From the NCBI GenBank assembly GCA_964016885.1, contig OZ024742.1, positions 313,720,001-313,784,000 of the forward strand: a DNA stretch of 64,000 nt. Direction: 5' to 3'. The notes below the pieces were generated by a model. It saw only the letters and a list, made by a program, of their open reading frames with translations. It was not told the DNA's origin and made no database searches. The stretch is from Eledone cirrhosa. Lineage: Eukaryota. Position 1 is the stretch's first letter. Every line of letters begins with the position of its first letter. Below are positions 22,737-37,260 of this stretch, one piece after another. Position numbers and translations under genes: made by a program.

Positions 22737-23166
22737 ATATATATATATATTTAACAGTGAGCAGGTGTTGAATATGTCATCACAGACCATGTCAGTGCAT
22801 AGCCGGAGCAACTGACCTCTCAGATGGGCTGAGGCTTACATCTATATTCTATAGTATGTATTGAGTGCTTTTTATTGTGGTAGCAACATTAGGGAGGTTG
22901 TCATGACTTTGACACAACTAAAGAGCCCGCTCTGCTCTTTATTTGGGCAAGTTTTCTATGGTTGGATGCCCTTCTTATCACCAACCAATTTACAGAGTGT
23001 ACTTGATATGTTATTATACTTTCACAAAGAAAGCTCTTCTTTCACTTAAAGCAGATTGTTAGAAGCTAATAATATCTTAAATATGAAGAATGTTGTAAAA
23101 AACTTGTTTCAAAAATATTTCAGAAAATTCTGAAATATTTGTGCCATATTTGAATATATTAAGTTA

Positions 23167-23401
23167 TTAACCTTTCTGTAACTGTATTCCTAATGAAATA
23201 CACTCTATTTCAATTAATTAATGAAGAATTTTAAAGAGTTTACTAAAATTTATAATTATTTCATTACTAAGATGGTGACTTAACATATGGTTCTTATATA
23301 AAATTGTCAGAAAATTATAATTTAAATAGGAACTCTTTGAAATGGTGATTTGTTTCTTAGAACCAGATCTGGTTCTGTTTGGGTTGGTACCAAAAGGGTT
23401 A
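23167..23401 (+). mobile_element. piggyBac-type MITE family 2 (decayed); relatives near 29485, 41362, 43494, 62100 and 63003
   Basis: TTAA-CC(C)TTT...AAAGGG-TTA termini and a shared internal AATGAAATACAC..TTTCAATTAATT. Confidence 0.65.
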
Positions 23402-23650
23402 TTATATTAAACTAACTTTCGGGGATGATTTTATTTTGTAAATATAGGATGTCTAAAAATTACATTTCAACCCCATAATGCATCCAAACAGTTATGACTC
23501 TATACAATTATAACTTTATATCAAACAATTGGTAGATATTGAATCTTTGTTTGTGGGTTGACTATCAACTATTAAGTACTTGACGTTATTGACTTCTTAT
23601 TTTTTCGTCTAGGGGGAATGATATTTTCTATTACAGATATTTCTTTCTGA

Positions 23651-23866
23651 TTAACCCTTTAGCATTTACATTACTCTATATTTACTATTGTATTTTCACA
23701 GTAAAGGATTTACCTCACATAATATCAAATCTACGAAATTTTGAAGTTATTTATTTTGAGAACAATAGCTTAATGTAGGTATGAGCGGCCAGTTACAGCT
23801 GATTTGAACAGTGGGAGATGAGCGAATTCTGGTTGAATATGGCTGGTTTAAATGTCATAGGGTTAA
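23651..23866 (+). mobile_element. piggyBac-type MITE family 1; others at ~27852 (truncated), 45143-45371 and 60335-60559
   Basis: TTAA target site and CCCTTTAGCATTT TIR. Confidence 0.82.
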
Positions 23867-26800
23867 GGATCCTCACAATAGCTGAAAAAAATTGGACAGC
23901 TTGTTTTTAATATTTTGATGCATTTTTGTCAGTTCATTTGATAGATAAATACTATTGTGTTAAGTGTTTTGTTTCAGTGTTGTAGAGTAGTACAGAATAT
24001 ATCTGTATATTTTAGCTAGCACTAAATGTAACAGACAGATGTAAACATATTTTTTTATTTTAGGGAGAGATAAGCTAGACTATTTTCAATCCTGTTTTGT
24101 TAAAGAGAGTGTTTGTTTTCTGAACATTTCTCTAGTTTTGTTAACCACAATGGGTTTCTCTCACAGAATGAAAGGAAGATTCTGTGATCCTTGTGTACAG
24201 ATTAGACTGAACTGTGAATTGTGTTTTTGAGCAAGGCACATCATTTCACATTGCTCTAGTCCAGTGGTTCGCAAAGTGGGTTCCACGGAACCCAAGGGTT
24301 ATGCAAAGTAGTGTCTGGGGTTCCATGAAAAAAGGTAGAGGAGACAATCAGATGTGCTTTTAGGGAGGTTTTGCTGCTATCTCTAGCAGGTCAGTCAGCC
24401 ATGTGGAATCTCTTGTTAATTTATCACTTTTTTGTTGAGTAAGTAATAAATTAAAATAATTGTTGTCCTTATATTGAATCTTTAGACTAGGCTACACAGT
24501 CCACTTTTTTACTGTATCGAAATAGTAACTACAGCCACAGTTCCACTACTGTTTCACTACTGCCACTATACTGGTGTGTAGAGAGCGTGAGCAAGAAATT
24601 CTATGAAGCTATAAATCATATATTCCAACAGTTTATGCTCACATTCCCTTCCATACAATGCCAGAATGTTGGGATATAAATAAAGCGGAGTGGGAGTTAG
24701 GCAAAAGAAAATATGATGGAAAATCTCCAGCTTCGTTTACATAGTTGGACAAATATCTTGGATATTATGGCATAAACCAGTGAGGAATGTGGTTGCTTAA
24801 CTTGTCATAAATAGCAGCCAAATCTTCCTCATATCATCGTATACCATTTTAAAGATAGTTGGGTATATATAATGTTGTTCTAGGTACACTTTGAATTTAG
24901 AAGAAAGGGTATGTGGTTAGAATGTTCCAGGAAAGAATTGCTGGACAGATTTTACAGGTAAAACCAACTGGCAGGAGACTCAGGAGTAGATCCCGAGCAA
25001 GATGATTGGATAATATCTATGAGCTTGGCTCGTCTCACTTGGGAATCTTGCCGGATCAGTTGGAGATGGTTGCTTTTGACAGGACTCGCTGGAAGGAATG
25101 TTTGAGGACACTGCCACCACAACCCTCTCAGGAATAAGTGAGCAAAGAAGAAGGGATATTTATTACTGGAATTTCTTTGAGCATAATGCCTACTCCATCA
25201 ATAGCAGGGAAGGGTTAAGGATTAGACAACAGATATATTGTGAAAATACAAAAGAAGAATTTACACAACAATAATAAATTTATTTTTAGTTAAAATTCGA
25301 GCTTTAGATATAAATAGGTATGCTGTGTCCCTGCATATCATAAAAGACAACTGTAAAGGTTGGTGACAGAAATTGACCAGAAAACATCATCATCATCATT
25401 TTGTATCCACTTTCCATGCTTGCATGGGTTGGATGGTTGTCATACGCGGAGACTGGGTGGGTTGGTGCCCCCCCCCCCCCCTTACTTGTATCTTGCATTT
25501 TTTACATGGTCTTTACCACATGATTCCTTTCCTGACACCAACCACTTTATAAAGTGTACTGGCACCAGCGCTAGAGCGTTCATTATGTTCTAAAGGAAAT
25601 CTCTCAACTATACATTGTCTTGATTTGATTGCTACCACTTTGCAGAATATACTGGTTGTATTCTATCTTGGTACCAGCACCAGTTTGTCTTGGGACTGGA
25701 CTGATCAAAGGTTACTCATTACCCTATGTTGTCTCCATTCAATCAAGCTAACATAGAAAGGTGGATGTAAAATGATGAGGCAGCTCTGCAGTTAAAGGAA
25801 GTTTTGGAATGTGTTATTGCCTATTATGTAGTGGAAATGAATATAAAGACCCAGGTTTCAGCTACATCATCATCATCATCATTATCACCATCCTTTTACA
25901 TCAGTTTTTTCATGCATTTATGGGTTATTTCCTCTGCGGTTTGGCTTTTCAAAATCTGCTCTCACCACTTCTGCCCAGGTCTTTCTTGAGAAGCAAACTC
26001 TATAACCACACAGCTATGTAACAGTATGTTCTTGAACCTGATAAAACAAATTTATGACCAAAGGCATTCCATCATGACCATCATCCTCATCATCAATTAT
26101 TTTTGTCTGTTTTTCCTTGCTGGAAAAGTTTGAACAAATGCAGGAACTTATCCCAATTTTATGTGGCATTAAGTGACTGAAAGTACAAAATTTCCACTTG
26201 GATGTCTTGTCAGTCTATCATAAGCTTAACCCCTATTGTTGTTGGTACTCATTTTTAGATGAGTAGACTAGAGCAATGTAAAATCAAATGCTTTGCTCAA
26301 GAACTCAACATACTACCCTGTTCAGGATTTGAACTCATGTTTATTTACACAATAGCATAGCAAATGGATATTAGTTTTAGTACTTCCATAGTTCTGAATA
26401 GAAATGGGAACCATGAGGTACTGCAATTTGAAAATACATTTAGTAGGAGTGTCCACTCTGATATATTTGGCCTAAGCCCTCCCTTGATGCACAGATGGAA
26501 TTTAGCCAATTAAAGATTGATCTAGAGCCAATTCAAAAGCTGCTATCCTTTACACCCAAAGTTTTTCCTAGTGTAAAAGCTTTTTTAATATTTATATAAT
26601 TTTATGAATGTAAAATAGAAATTTTACCAGAGGGGAATAGACTGTGACAATATACATGATAAATGGCCATTACTGCCTAAGGGAATTATATTAAACTTTT
26701 ATATGAAGCAAATGGACAGACACTGAACATAGAAACTTATTGATGTGTTTCTTGAAAATCACTCGTGTTATTGTTCTATTAAAATTAATGCTATTTAGAA

Positions 26801-27365
26801 AATGGAAAATTTTTAACTATTTTATATTTGTTTATTGCTCTCTCGCCATATATCAACTTGTCTACCTCTAATTCTCTAACTTCTCCCTCACTCCCTTTAT
26901 CCTTCTCTGCCCACATTCTCTTTCTATTTTTACAGCATTTATCCATTTATCTATATACCCAACAAACACATGTACATACATACATGTATACATACATACA
27001 TGTATACATACATACACATATACATACATACATGGCTATATACATACTTACATGTATACATACATGCACATACATGCATGTCTATATACATACTTACATG
27101 ACTACATACATACATACATGACTACATACATACTTACGTACATACATACTTACATACATACATGACTACGTACATGTCTACATACATACATACATGACTA
27201 CATACATGACTGCATATATATATATACATGACTACGTACATCTCTACATACATACATATATACATGACTACGTACATGTCTACATCATCATCATCGTTTA
27301 ACGTCCATCTTCCACGCTAGCATGGGTCTGGACGGGTACATACATACATATATACATGACTACAT

Positions 27366-27437
<72 letters not shown>

Positions 27438-29485
27438 TTGCATGTGTTTGTATATATGTGTGTATGTATTAGCTATCATAGGCAAAATCTTGTATAGTAA
27501 ACAACTATGCAGCGAATGGACATAGGGTGTAAAGCAGGGAACCTCAAATTGGTCAATATTGACCCTCAGGAAGTTGATTGACCATTTGGGCTAAAATATG
27601 ATATATGTATAAGAAATAAAAATACATACACTGCACCTTTACAGCATGTAAAAGGCATGCAGTACACTCGGTAAAGTGGTTGCCATTAGGAAAGACATCT
27701 AGCTATAGAAGGCATGCTGAAAATGGAATGTATGAGCAAGATGTGATTCTCTGATAACGACAACCTGTCCAACCCATCCAACCGATCCCAGCATAGAAAA
27801 CAGGTGTGAAATGATGATGAATACAATGATTTCTGATGCTATGAAGGATATTTAACCCTTTAGCATTTACATTACTTTATATTTACTATTATATTTTCAC
27901 AGTAAAGGCTTTACCTCACATAATTATCTCACATAATATAGAATCTATGAGATTTTGATATTATTTATTTTGAAAACAATACCTTAACATCAATATGAAT
28001 GGCCAAAGTGATTAAAGACTTGTCTAACACATGTTACCACGGGAGATAAAAATGTTGCTACTATTTCTCAGTTATTATTGCTGATGAAAATTATGACAGT
28101 GGAATAATGTTTGCTCTCAAGCTCCAGGCTGCTCAAACTTTTAATGAAAGTATGTTTTTCTAGGCAGGGTGTACCCCAAGCTATATTATCCAATGTGTTT
28201 TCCTTTCTGAAGATGGTAAGAGGTTATTTGAAGGAGATTTAGCTACTATTTCTTGCTGGTCAAGAAGCTTTTGAATGAGTGGAGGTTGCTATTTTTAAAA
28301 AGGAGAATTTAGATTTTAGCCAACCCAGGATCTTCAATTCAAGCATTTATTTTCTGTTTTCAAGTGCCTGCAATTCTTTAAATATTTCTGGAATGTGATC
28401 CAGTCTAATTTACATATACAGAAATGGAAGAAACTTCAGTTAGTTTCAACAATGAGTATTCCATTTTCTTTTTTTAGCAATTGAACAACCTGCTTATAAA
28501 ATTAATGCGCTAATCCATGTTCTTGCTTTCATTAACTCTGCATTGGATATGTTCCATTTTTATTTTGTGTTGATGCCAATAGATCCTATACATAATACAT
28601 TATATATTTAGAATATTCTATATATTTTGCATTATTTCCATTAAGTACAGTGTTTGGTGTTTTAGAGGCTGCCAAACAAATCTTTTTTAGATCAATATTA
28701 ATCAGAGGTACTCATCAGAAGAATACAATCGCAAATACAAGCAGCTGAAATGGGGTTCCTCTGAAGGATCTCTGGAGTAATGATACTTGATAGGGTGTGT
28801 AGCTCTGTGATCAGGGCCACTATTTCTCAATATTGAGAGACTGCAACTCTTGTACTGCAGAAATGTGGCTAGAATGTCTAATGAAAGAATTGCAAGACAG
28901 ATTTTATGAGCAAAGCCAACTGGCAGGAGACCCAGAGCTAGTCCATGAGCAAGATGGTTGGGTAACTTCCATAACCTCAGTTGGTCTCCCTTAGGGAGAC
29001 AGTCGGATCTTTTGGAAATGGTTGCTTTCGATAGGCCAATCTGGCATGTCTGAGAACTCTACCTCTATAGCTCTCTCAGGATTAAGTGGGCAAAGAAATT
29101 ACTAAATTTTTGAAATATTCTAACCCTTTAAATACCAACCCAACCAAAATAATGTTAGATTTCAATGCATCACCTTGTCAAGGAATCAAACCCATGGCAT
29201 TATGATAGTGAGCTCAACACCCTAACCCAAGACTACATGGACTCACACCCTTTGCTATATATATGACAAAGCTGAACCCCAATTTTGTGACCACCGCTGC
29301 ACTTTTTATGTATTATTGACTCTTTGCCTGCTTTGTTTTAGAATGTTTTGTAAGTTGTGACATACTCAACAGCATCATGTATTGGTATTAATACTAATTG
29401 AATCTCAGTTCGTTTCTTCAGCACTTCATACAATAGCTACAGCTTTAGCCAGGTCAAGATGATCAGTTTCCCTGAGATTGCCTAT

Positions 29486-30152
29486 TAACCCTTTCATGAC
29501 CATATTTATAATGAAATACACTATATTTCAATTAATTAATGAAGAATTTGGAGGTATTTACTAAAATTATTAATTACTTCATTATTTCATATTTGTAACA
29601 TAACTTAACAAAAGGTTCTTATGAAATTATGATGGAAGTTTTTAATCTAAATAGGAAACCTTTAAAATGAGCCATTTTGTTTCATAGAAACAGAGGCAGT
29701 TTTGGGCATGTTAGTATCAAAAGGATTAATGAGGTATCTAGATAGATGGACCTATGTATGTAAAACCAAAACTGTCGGTTAAATCATTAAACTCCCATAT
29801 AAATGTCTGTTGTTTTTAATTTTGTGAATTAATCAACAGTATATTTACCATTTTGTTTTGACAATCAAATCTCTATTATCAAAGAAACAAATACTATTTT
29901 TGTGTTTTGATTTAGTTGGTTCCTTATTATATTATAAACTGCCTCTGTTTCTATGAAACAAAATGGCTCATTTTAAAGGTTTCCTATTTAGATTAAAAAC
30001 TTCCATCATAATTTCATAAGAACCTTTTGTTAAGTTATGTTACAAATATGAAATAATGAAGTAATTAATAATTTTAGTAAATACCTCCAAATTCTTCATT
30101 AATTAATTGAAATATAGTGTATTTCATTATAAATATGGTCATGAAAGGGTTA
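29486..30152. repeat. Perfect 217-bp inverted duplication (29486-29702 / 29936-30152) with 233-bp spacer
   Basis: Arms read as exact reverse complements; sequence is MITE family 2. Confidence 0.92.
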
Positions 30153-30173
30153 TAATTTATTATATATCTGTAA

Positions 30174-30590
30174 GGGCGGTGGAGTGATAGTATCGGAAGA
30201 GTGTCAGACAACATGCTTTGTGGCATATAGTTAAGTCTTTTTACATTCTGAGTTTAAATCGCGCTGAGGTTAACCCATTACCATTTACATTACTCTATAT
30301 ATACTATTATATTTTCATGGTAAACACTTTATTTCACATAATTATCTCACATAATATCGAATGTATGAGATGTTGATGTTATTTATTTTAAGGACAATAC
30401 CTTAACATAAGTCTGAGCTGCCCATTACAGCCGGTTTGAACAGAAAGAGGTAAGAGAATTCTGGCTGGATACGGTTTAAATGCTAAAGGGTTAAGCTTTG
30501 TCTTTTATCCTCACAAGGTCAATAAAATAAAGTACCAGGAATGTACTGGGGTTGATTTAATTGATTTTCTCCTCCCCTAAAATTTTGTGT
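30174..30590 (+). mobile_element. SINE M interrupted by MITE family 1 (30270-30494) at its internal TTAA
   Basis: GAGG-TTAA[MITE]TTAA-GCTTTGTCTTTTATCC restores the SINE consensus. Confidence 0.85.
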
Positions 30591-31092
30591 CCCCATGTTT
30601 ATGCCTCTTCCCTCAAACACATACTAGTATAGGTATATTTTTGTCAGAAGTGTTAAGCAGGGTAGCATCATAGGATAACCCTTTTATTGCTGTATTTTCA
30701 ATGAAATACATTGCCTATGTGTTTTGATTGAATTAAAAAGATTTTTGAGGAGTTTAATAAAATGACTAAATTTTTCATAAGTAAGCTGATATTTAGAATG
30801 TTTGATAAGAAAGAATTCTGAAATAAAATTTTGATGAAAGGTTTTAATAAAAGGATAAACATTTGAAAATGAGCAGTTTTGTATCATTCTCCAAGTTTCT
30901 TCAGATGAATCTAATAAATAAATAAAAACCAGTGTGTGTGTGTGTGTGTGTGAGAGAGAGTGAGAGGACATATACATTTATATCTAAATGTGTGTAAGTG
31001 TGTATGTATGTATGGATAGGTGTATGTATGTATTATGTATGTATGTATCGATGGATGAATGGATTTAGATATGTGCATAAGGAAACAATACA

Positions 31093-31366
31093 TCAGACCG
31101 GGTGATGTGTTGTTTCCTTGAGCAAGACACTCTATTTCACATTGCTCCAGTTTACTCAGCTGTAGAAATGAGATGATAAGGACTGGGGTCCATATCATTC
31201 CACTGCAAAGTGGTCGTGGAGATGCCATGGAAAAAAAGCACCCAGCACTCACTGTAAATGAGGTTGGTGTTAGGAAGGGCATCCAGCTGTAGAAATCAAG
31301 CTAGAATCAGTTCCCGTCCCACCCTTGCAAGCAGGGAAAAGCGGACGTAAAATGATGATGATGATG
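31093..31366 (+). mobile_element. 5'-truncated SINE family C
   Basis: Matches 12866-13141. Confidence 0.88.
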
Positions 31367-31657
31367 CACATAGCAAGTTTTTCATAAGTAAGACATCAAT
31401 ATACATGTTACAGTTTAAATAGAGGTGAATTTATGGGACACATCGTATACACATATATCTCATCTATCTATCTAGTTTGCTATTCATGAATACTTCCAAT
31501 CATCTGTCTATCCATCTACAAATGCATTCCTATATATATAATAGAACTGGGGCCCTCTTTAAAACATCCACGATGACTACTATCAGATGTAGCCTGATAG
31601 GGAGCCAACTAAACCTATATAGGTATGAGCTATAACATCACACACACACAGAGACTA

Positions 31658-32854
31658 ATCATCATCATCATCATCATCAGTTTTACGTTTTACGCCCATT
31701 TTTCCCCGATTGCATGGGTTGGACAGGTCCATTTCAGCACAGTATATTTCCATACGGCATGTTCCTTCATCATTTTCCCTAAGTCTCAGTTTCCACCACC
31801 TCTGTCCAGGTCTTCCTTGGACTACCTCTACTGCAGCTTCTTTCCTCTGGGATTTCCTGGCACTTCTTCACCCAGCAATCATCATCCATGTGCATCATAT
31901 GTCTGAACCAACACATTCTTCTCTCTTGCATACCATGCCTTTTAAAACCTTGTTTCTCTCTAAGTTCATCCAAACTCTGTCTTTCTCTCCCATTTACATT
32001 CCACTGAAGCATGGTTGTTTCATTTCTCCCCAGTTTACACATGTCCATGCAGTTACTGCCCATGTTTCACTACCATACAGCATTGCACTTTGCATGCAGG
32101 TGGCATACAGATGTCCTTTTGTATATAGGGAGAAACCCTTTGTTGTCAACAGTGGGAATAACTCTCTAAACTTCTTCCATCCTATCCTTATTCTAGCTAT
32201 TATGCTCTCGGAGCACACTCCTCCACTGCTAATTAGGTCATTTAGATAAGCTGTCAACCACTTCTACTTCTATGGATCCTTCATGTGATTGGAAAAGGTT
32301 TATATCACTGATGCTCTTCCTCTTGATTACCCCTTTGCATCTTCTAAATACAAATTCTTCCATTCCTCTTAGTTTATCTTCTTTACTACTTATGAGCAAT
32401 TTAATTTGGCAAGTTTACTCTAGGATCTTTTGATTTCAAATTCTGTTTCCACAGTCAAAACTTATTCTCTAGTTCTTTTATGGATTCAGCTATAATGACC
32501 AGATTATCTGCAAAGAAAAGTTCTCATGGACAGCCAGTTTTAATCTTTGTTATAGCCTGGTGAACTATGATGAACAGCAGTGGGCTAAGAAGCGAGCCCT
32601 GATGAACTCCTACCTGTACCTTGAATTCCTCACTAAACTCACTTACTACTCTCATTTTACTGACAACACCCCTGTACATGATTTGCACTGCTCTCACAGG
32701 CCATTCTTCTACATCAAATTTTCTTAAGGACCACCAGATAATAGATCAAGGTACTCTGTCAGAGATCTTTTCTAAATCAACAAAATCTTAATATAGTGGC
32801 CTTATTCTTAGCCAAGAACTTCTTTAGTAGTTGCCTCACTAAGAAGAGGGCATC
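31658..32854 (-). mobile_element. Old degenerate RTE copy (RT to 3' end)
   Basis: Reverse strand DALFLVRQL, HQGS-like, [16 protein letters not shown] with frameshifts; (ATC)n tail. Confidence 0.85.
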
Positions 32855-33950
32855 TGGTTGTAAAAACATTGCCTTAAAACGTCCTCTCTAACCCATGCCA
32901 GCATGGAAAAATCAATATAAAAATGATTATGTTGATGATTATATGTATGTGTTTATCTATGAATGCATCTCTTTGATGACACTATTGAATATTTCCATAA
33001 CCAGGAGAAGAGAAAAAGAAAAGAAGAAAACACAAAATAAAACAAAAACAGAAAAGCAAACAAAAGAACTGAGGTGTGTTTAAGGAAGGAGGCCATCAGT
33101 TTAAAAAGGAATATCGAATATTGATATTTCTTATTCTTTGTTCCTTACAAATTTAAGCCACACATTGTTAAACACTCTTCATCACTATATCCAAACACAC
33201 AAATGCTTTCTAAGCTGTACTCACAGCCCACTACTTCCTTCTAAGATCTTTCCATCTTTAGAATTCCAACTTTCAACTGTTTCAACAGTTACCCCAGCAA
33301 TGAATCAAAGCCAGAGTGTTTCATTTGTGATTGGAATTAATTTTATCAAAAATAAAGGAATAACACTGAAAATTAACATCAATATTTACAGCCATTATAT
33401 TAATAATGATGATGATGATGATTTCTATTCAACTGCTTGTAGTAGTTGTAGTTGTTTATAGTTGCTGATTTCATGTTTAATGTTTATATATATATTTATA
33501 TATATATATATGTGTGTGTGTGTATGTATTTATATATGTATGCATATATGATCTATGTATGTGTATATGTATGCATATATGTATGCATATATGTATGCAT
33601 ATATGTATGTATATATGTATGTATATATGTATGTATATATGTATGTATATATTTATATATGTATGTATATATTTATATATGTATGTATATATTTATTTAT
33701 ATGTGTATATATTTATATATATATATATGTATTTATATATGTATATATTTATATATAGATTATATATATTGTTAAACTTTGTGTCACAGAAAGGCAAGTT
33801 GGAGTAAATAAAATGAAAGAGGAGATACAGAGGAGCATGAATAATCATTGAGAAGATCACAGAATGTGTGACAAAAGTGTGTTGATAATTAAGTATGACA
33901 AATAAACAACCATCCAGTTATTAAACCAACTGAGGAATGGATATAATATT

Positions 33951-34362
33951 CATCATCATCATCATCATCTTCATCATCAGGTTTAGCGTCCGTGTTCCAT
34001 GCTTGCATGGGTTTGGACGGGGGTTTTCCCACTTGAGGCAAGAGTGGTTGTCTTGCTCGCATAGGACTGTCTGGCGGGTTTTCTACAGTTGGATGCCCTT
34101 CCTAACACCAACCACATTTACAGTGTGGGGCTGGGAGGTTTTTACCGTGTTGCCTACACGGCCACATTACAGCGTGGACTGTCTGGCGGGTTTTCTACAG
34201 CTGGATGCCCTTCCTAGCACCAACCACATTTACAGTGTGGGGCTGGGAGGTTTTTACCGTGTTGCCTACACGGCCACATTTACAGCGTGGACTGTGTGTT
34301 TTTTTGTCGTGACACCTACACGATCTCATTTGTTTCGGCCTGGATGTTGTGGGACCAACATA
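33951..34362 (-). mobile_element. RTE-B 3' UTR fragment with the 112-bp internal duplication
   Basis: Reverse complement of ~53553-53956. Confidence 0.9.
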
Positions 34363-34371
34363 TTATTATTA

Positions 34372-34752
34372 ATAATAATTGTTTCTACTTTTGGCACAAG
34401 ACCAGCAATTATCCCAGTGTATTACTGGTACTTTATTTTATCGACCCCGTAAGGATGAAAGGCAAAGTTAACCTCGGCGGGATTTGAACTTGGACCATAA
34501 AAGGCCGTAACTCTTTGCTGCAAAGCATGGCGTCCGACCCTCTACCGATACTGCCAATTATTATTAATAATAATTGTTTCTACTTTAGGCACAAGGCCAG
34601 CAATTACCCAGTACATTACTGGTACTTTATTTTATCGACCCCCGTAAGGATGAAAGGCAAAGTTAACCTCGACGGGATTTGAACTTAAACCGTAAAGGGA
34701 CGTAACTATGCTAGAAAGCATGGCTTCCAACCCTCTAATAATACTGCCAATT
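34372..34752 (-). mobile_element. Tandem pair of SINE M
   Basis: Two consecutive consensus matches with (TAA)n tails. Confidence 0.87.
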
Positions 34753-34879
34753 TAATAATAATGATAATGGTTTCTGATTTTAGGTACAAGGCTGTCAGCT
34801 TTCCAAATGTTTGTTCATAGATATACAGTATATCATTAGGTATATGAAATTCACATATTTACATATATATATACATCTA

Positions 34880-35176
34880 CCCCCCCCCCCCCTCCCTGCA
34901 TCAACACGACCCTTTCTCTATAAAATTATGTTGGTACCATAACATCCAGTCCTAAATAAATGAGGTCGTGTAGGTGTCACGACAAAAAACACACAGTCCA
35001 CGCTGAAAACGTGGTTGGTGTTAAGAAGGGCATCCAGCCGTAGAAAACCTGCCAGACAGTCCTAAAAGAGCGAGACTCAGTCTCCCGACCAATCTTGTCT
35101 TAGGTGGGACAATTCCTGTCTAAACCCATGCTAGCGTGGGAAGATGGATGTTAAATGATGATGATGATGATGATGT
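34880..35176 (+). mobile_element. RTE-B-related 3' UTR fragment
   Basis: GTAGGTGTCACGACAAAAAACACACAGTCC..CCCATGCTAGCGTGG..(GAT)n. Confidence 0.8.
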
Positions 35177-36739
35177 TGGAACAAAACTTTAATATATATA
35201 TATATACAAAATAAAGAGTCAAGGAGACTCTTTAGTTGTGTGTACAGGTGACATGATAATCTCCCTAGTGCAGTTGATCTACATGATAAAAACACTCTGT
35301 ACACTCTGTGGATGGTGATAAGAAGGCCATCCAACCATAGAGACCCTGCCAAACATAGGGTTGGAAGTAGTCTTCAGCTGTGTAAAGACATGACAATGTC
35401 CCTAGTGCTGGTGTTATAATCAAATGCACTTGGTAGAGTACAGGAACATGTGTAAGTAAGATGCCAGCCCCGGCCCATCTGAGAATACTTACTTTGTCTG
35501 TGATGACCCATTCAGTCCTTCCTAAATGATGATGATAGATGATATATCATCATTATAATCATTTTATGTCCTGTTTTCCATTTTAGGTTGGTAGGGAGAC
35601 CACATGTTTCCCATTTCAGCATGCTTTTTACAGTTAGATAATTTTCCTATTGTCAACCAGTTTGCAGATTGTACTTGGTGCATTTTATCATGTTACCTCA
35701 ACTAGAGTGCTTGTTTTGACCTTGACAAACTGAGGAGTACTCTTTGATTTTTTTTTTGTCATGATTTTTATGGATGGATGCTCTTCCTAAACATTAGACC
35801 ATAATCATTCTCCATTTCATAATTATAGGTAGTGTATGCCACACATGGTCCCATAACTCTTAGGGGAGTTGTCGAGGTGCCATATGTCAATATGGCATTT
35901 CTAGGGCATTTTAAAACTTGGCAGAGCCCATCTCTTCTCTAGGTCTGAATACAGCAGATTTCTTCCAGCAAAGGATAGTGTGTAAGAGAATGGAAGTGAG
36001 AAAGATATATAGAGGAAGAATCGACCTTAGTACTTGACTGATACTTTTTTTATTGACCTCAAATGGATGAAAGGCAAAGTTGACCTTGGTGGGATTTGAA
36101 CTGAGAGAGCAGAGAGCTAAAATGAATACTGCAAATCATTCTATCTGACGTTCTAATGATTCTGTTAATTCACCACCTTGAGTAATACAACAAAATGTTC
36201 AAATTTAGATATGCACACATTAATTCAAATGGTAGTTTATCATAGACTCAGAGTCAGTTTGAAACTGTTTGGTATTAGATGAGTTAAATTCTCTCTTTTA
36301 TCATGTGCAACATTACATATATGCACCAGAAGATATTTAAACAGAAAACTCTAGCGACTAGAAATGGTTGGAAAAGAGTTTCTGGAAGTGAAGTCATACA
36401 AGTGTGTAGTCTAGGCCATTTGACAAAGGCGTAAAACTTTAGGTTAACACAATGTATTTCCCTAGGGCAACAATACATTTCAATGACAATAAGAGAAAAA
36501 ATATGAAAAAACAAGACTATTATATTTCTTTACATATCATTGTATGTTTGTATGTGAATTTGTCTATGTGTGTGTGTTTGCAACCATATTTATGTCCGCA
36601 AAAACTCATTTCTAATTTTAGTTTATCACATTAAAGTAATATTAATTGAATATTTCTCACTATGGAATCAAAACAGAAAGTTGTTATCTTGGTCATCTCC
36701 ATTATAAATATTGTATTTCTTTATAAAAGAAAATAAATC

Positions 36740-37260
36740 ATCACCAATAACAATAGCACCACCAACAATACCAGTGCCGTTGTCACTGCTATGACCACAA
36801 CCATGACTCCTACCCTTATACTACTACCATCACTGCTATCACTTCAATACCACTCCTATTACCACTACCATCACCACAAGAACCACAACTACCACCATGA
36901 CAACCACTACCACCATGACAACCACTACCACCACTACCATCACCACCACCACTACCATCACCACCACCACCACCACCATTAACACTCCCACTGCCACCAC
37001 CACCACCATCATTTCTGCCACCACCATCATTTCCACCACCACCATTTCCTCCAACACCATCACCACCACCACCACCACCATTTCCACTACCACCATTTCC
37101 TCCACCACCACCACTGTTACTATTTATATTTTCTTGACTACATCTAACATAAACAAAATGAACAACACCACCAACACTGCCATCTCTATTAAAAATACCA
37201 CCACCATCACCCTGTCATAAGTATCATAATCATCACCACCACCACCAACAACAACACCAT
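36740..37260. repeat. Degenerate (CAC)n/(CAT)n trinucleotide array
   Basis: Directly visible. Confidence 0.9.

Noticed and set aside
36791-37220. Thr-rich mucin-like or His-rich ORFs
   Set aside because: Degenerate (CAC)n repeat without splice or domain support.
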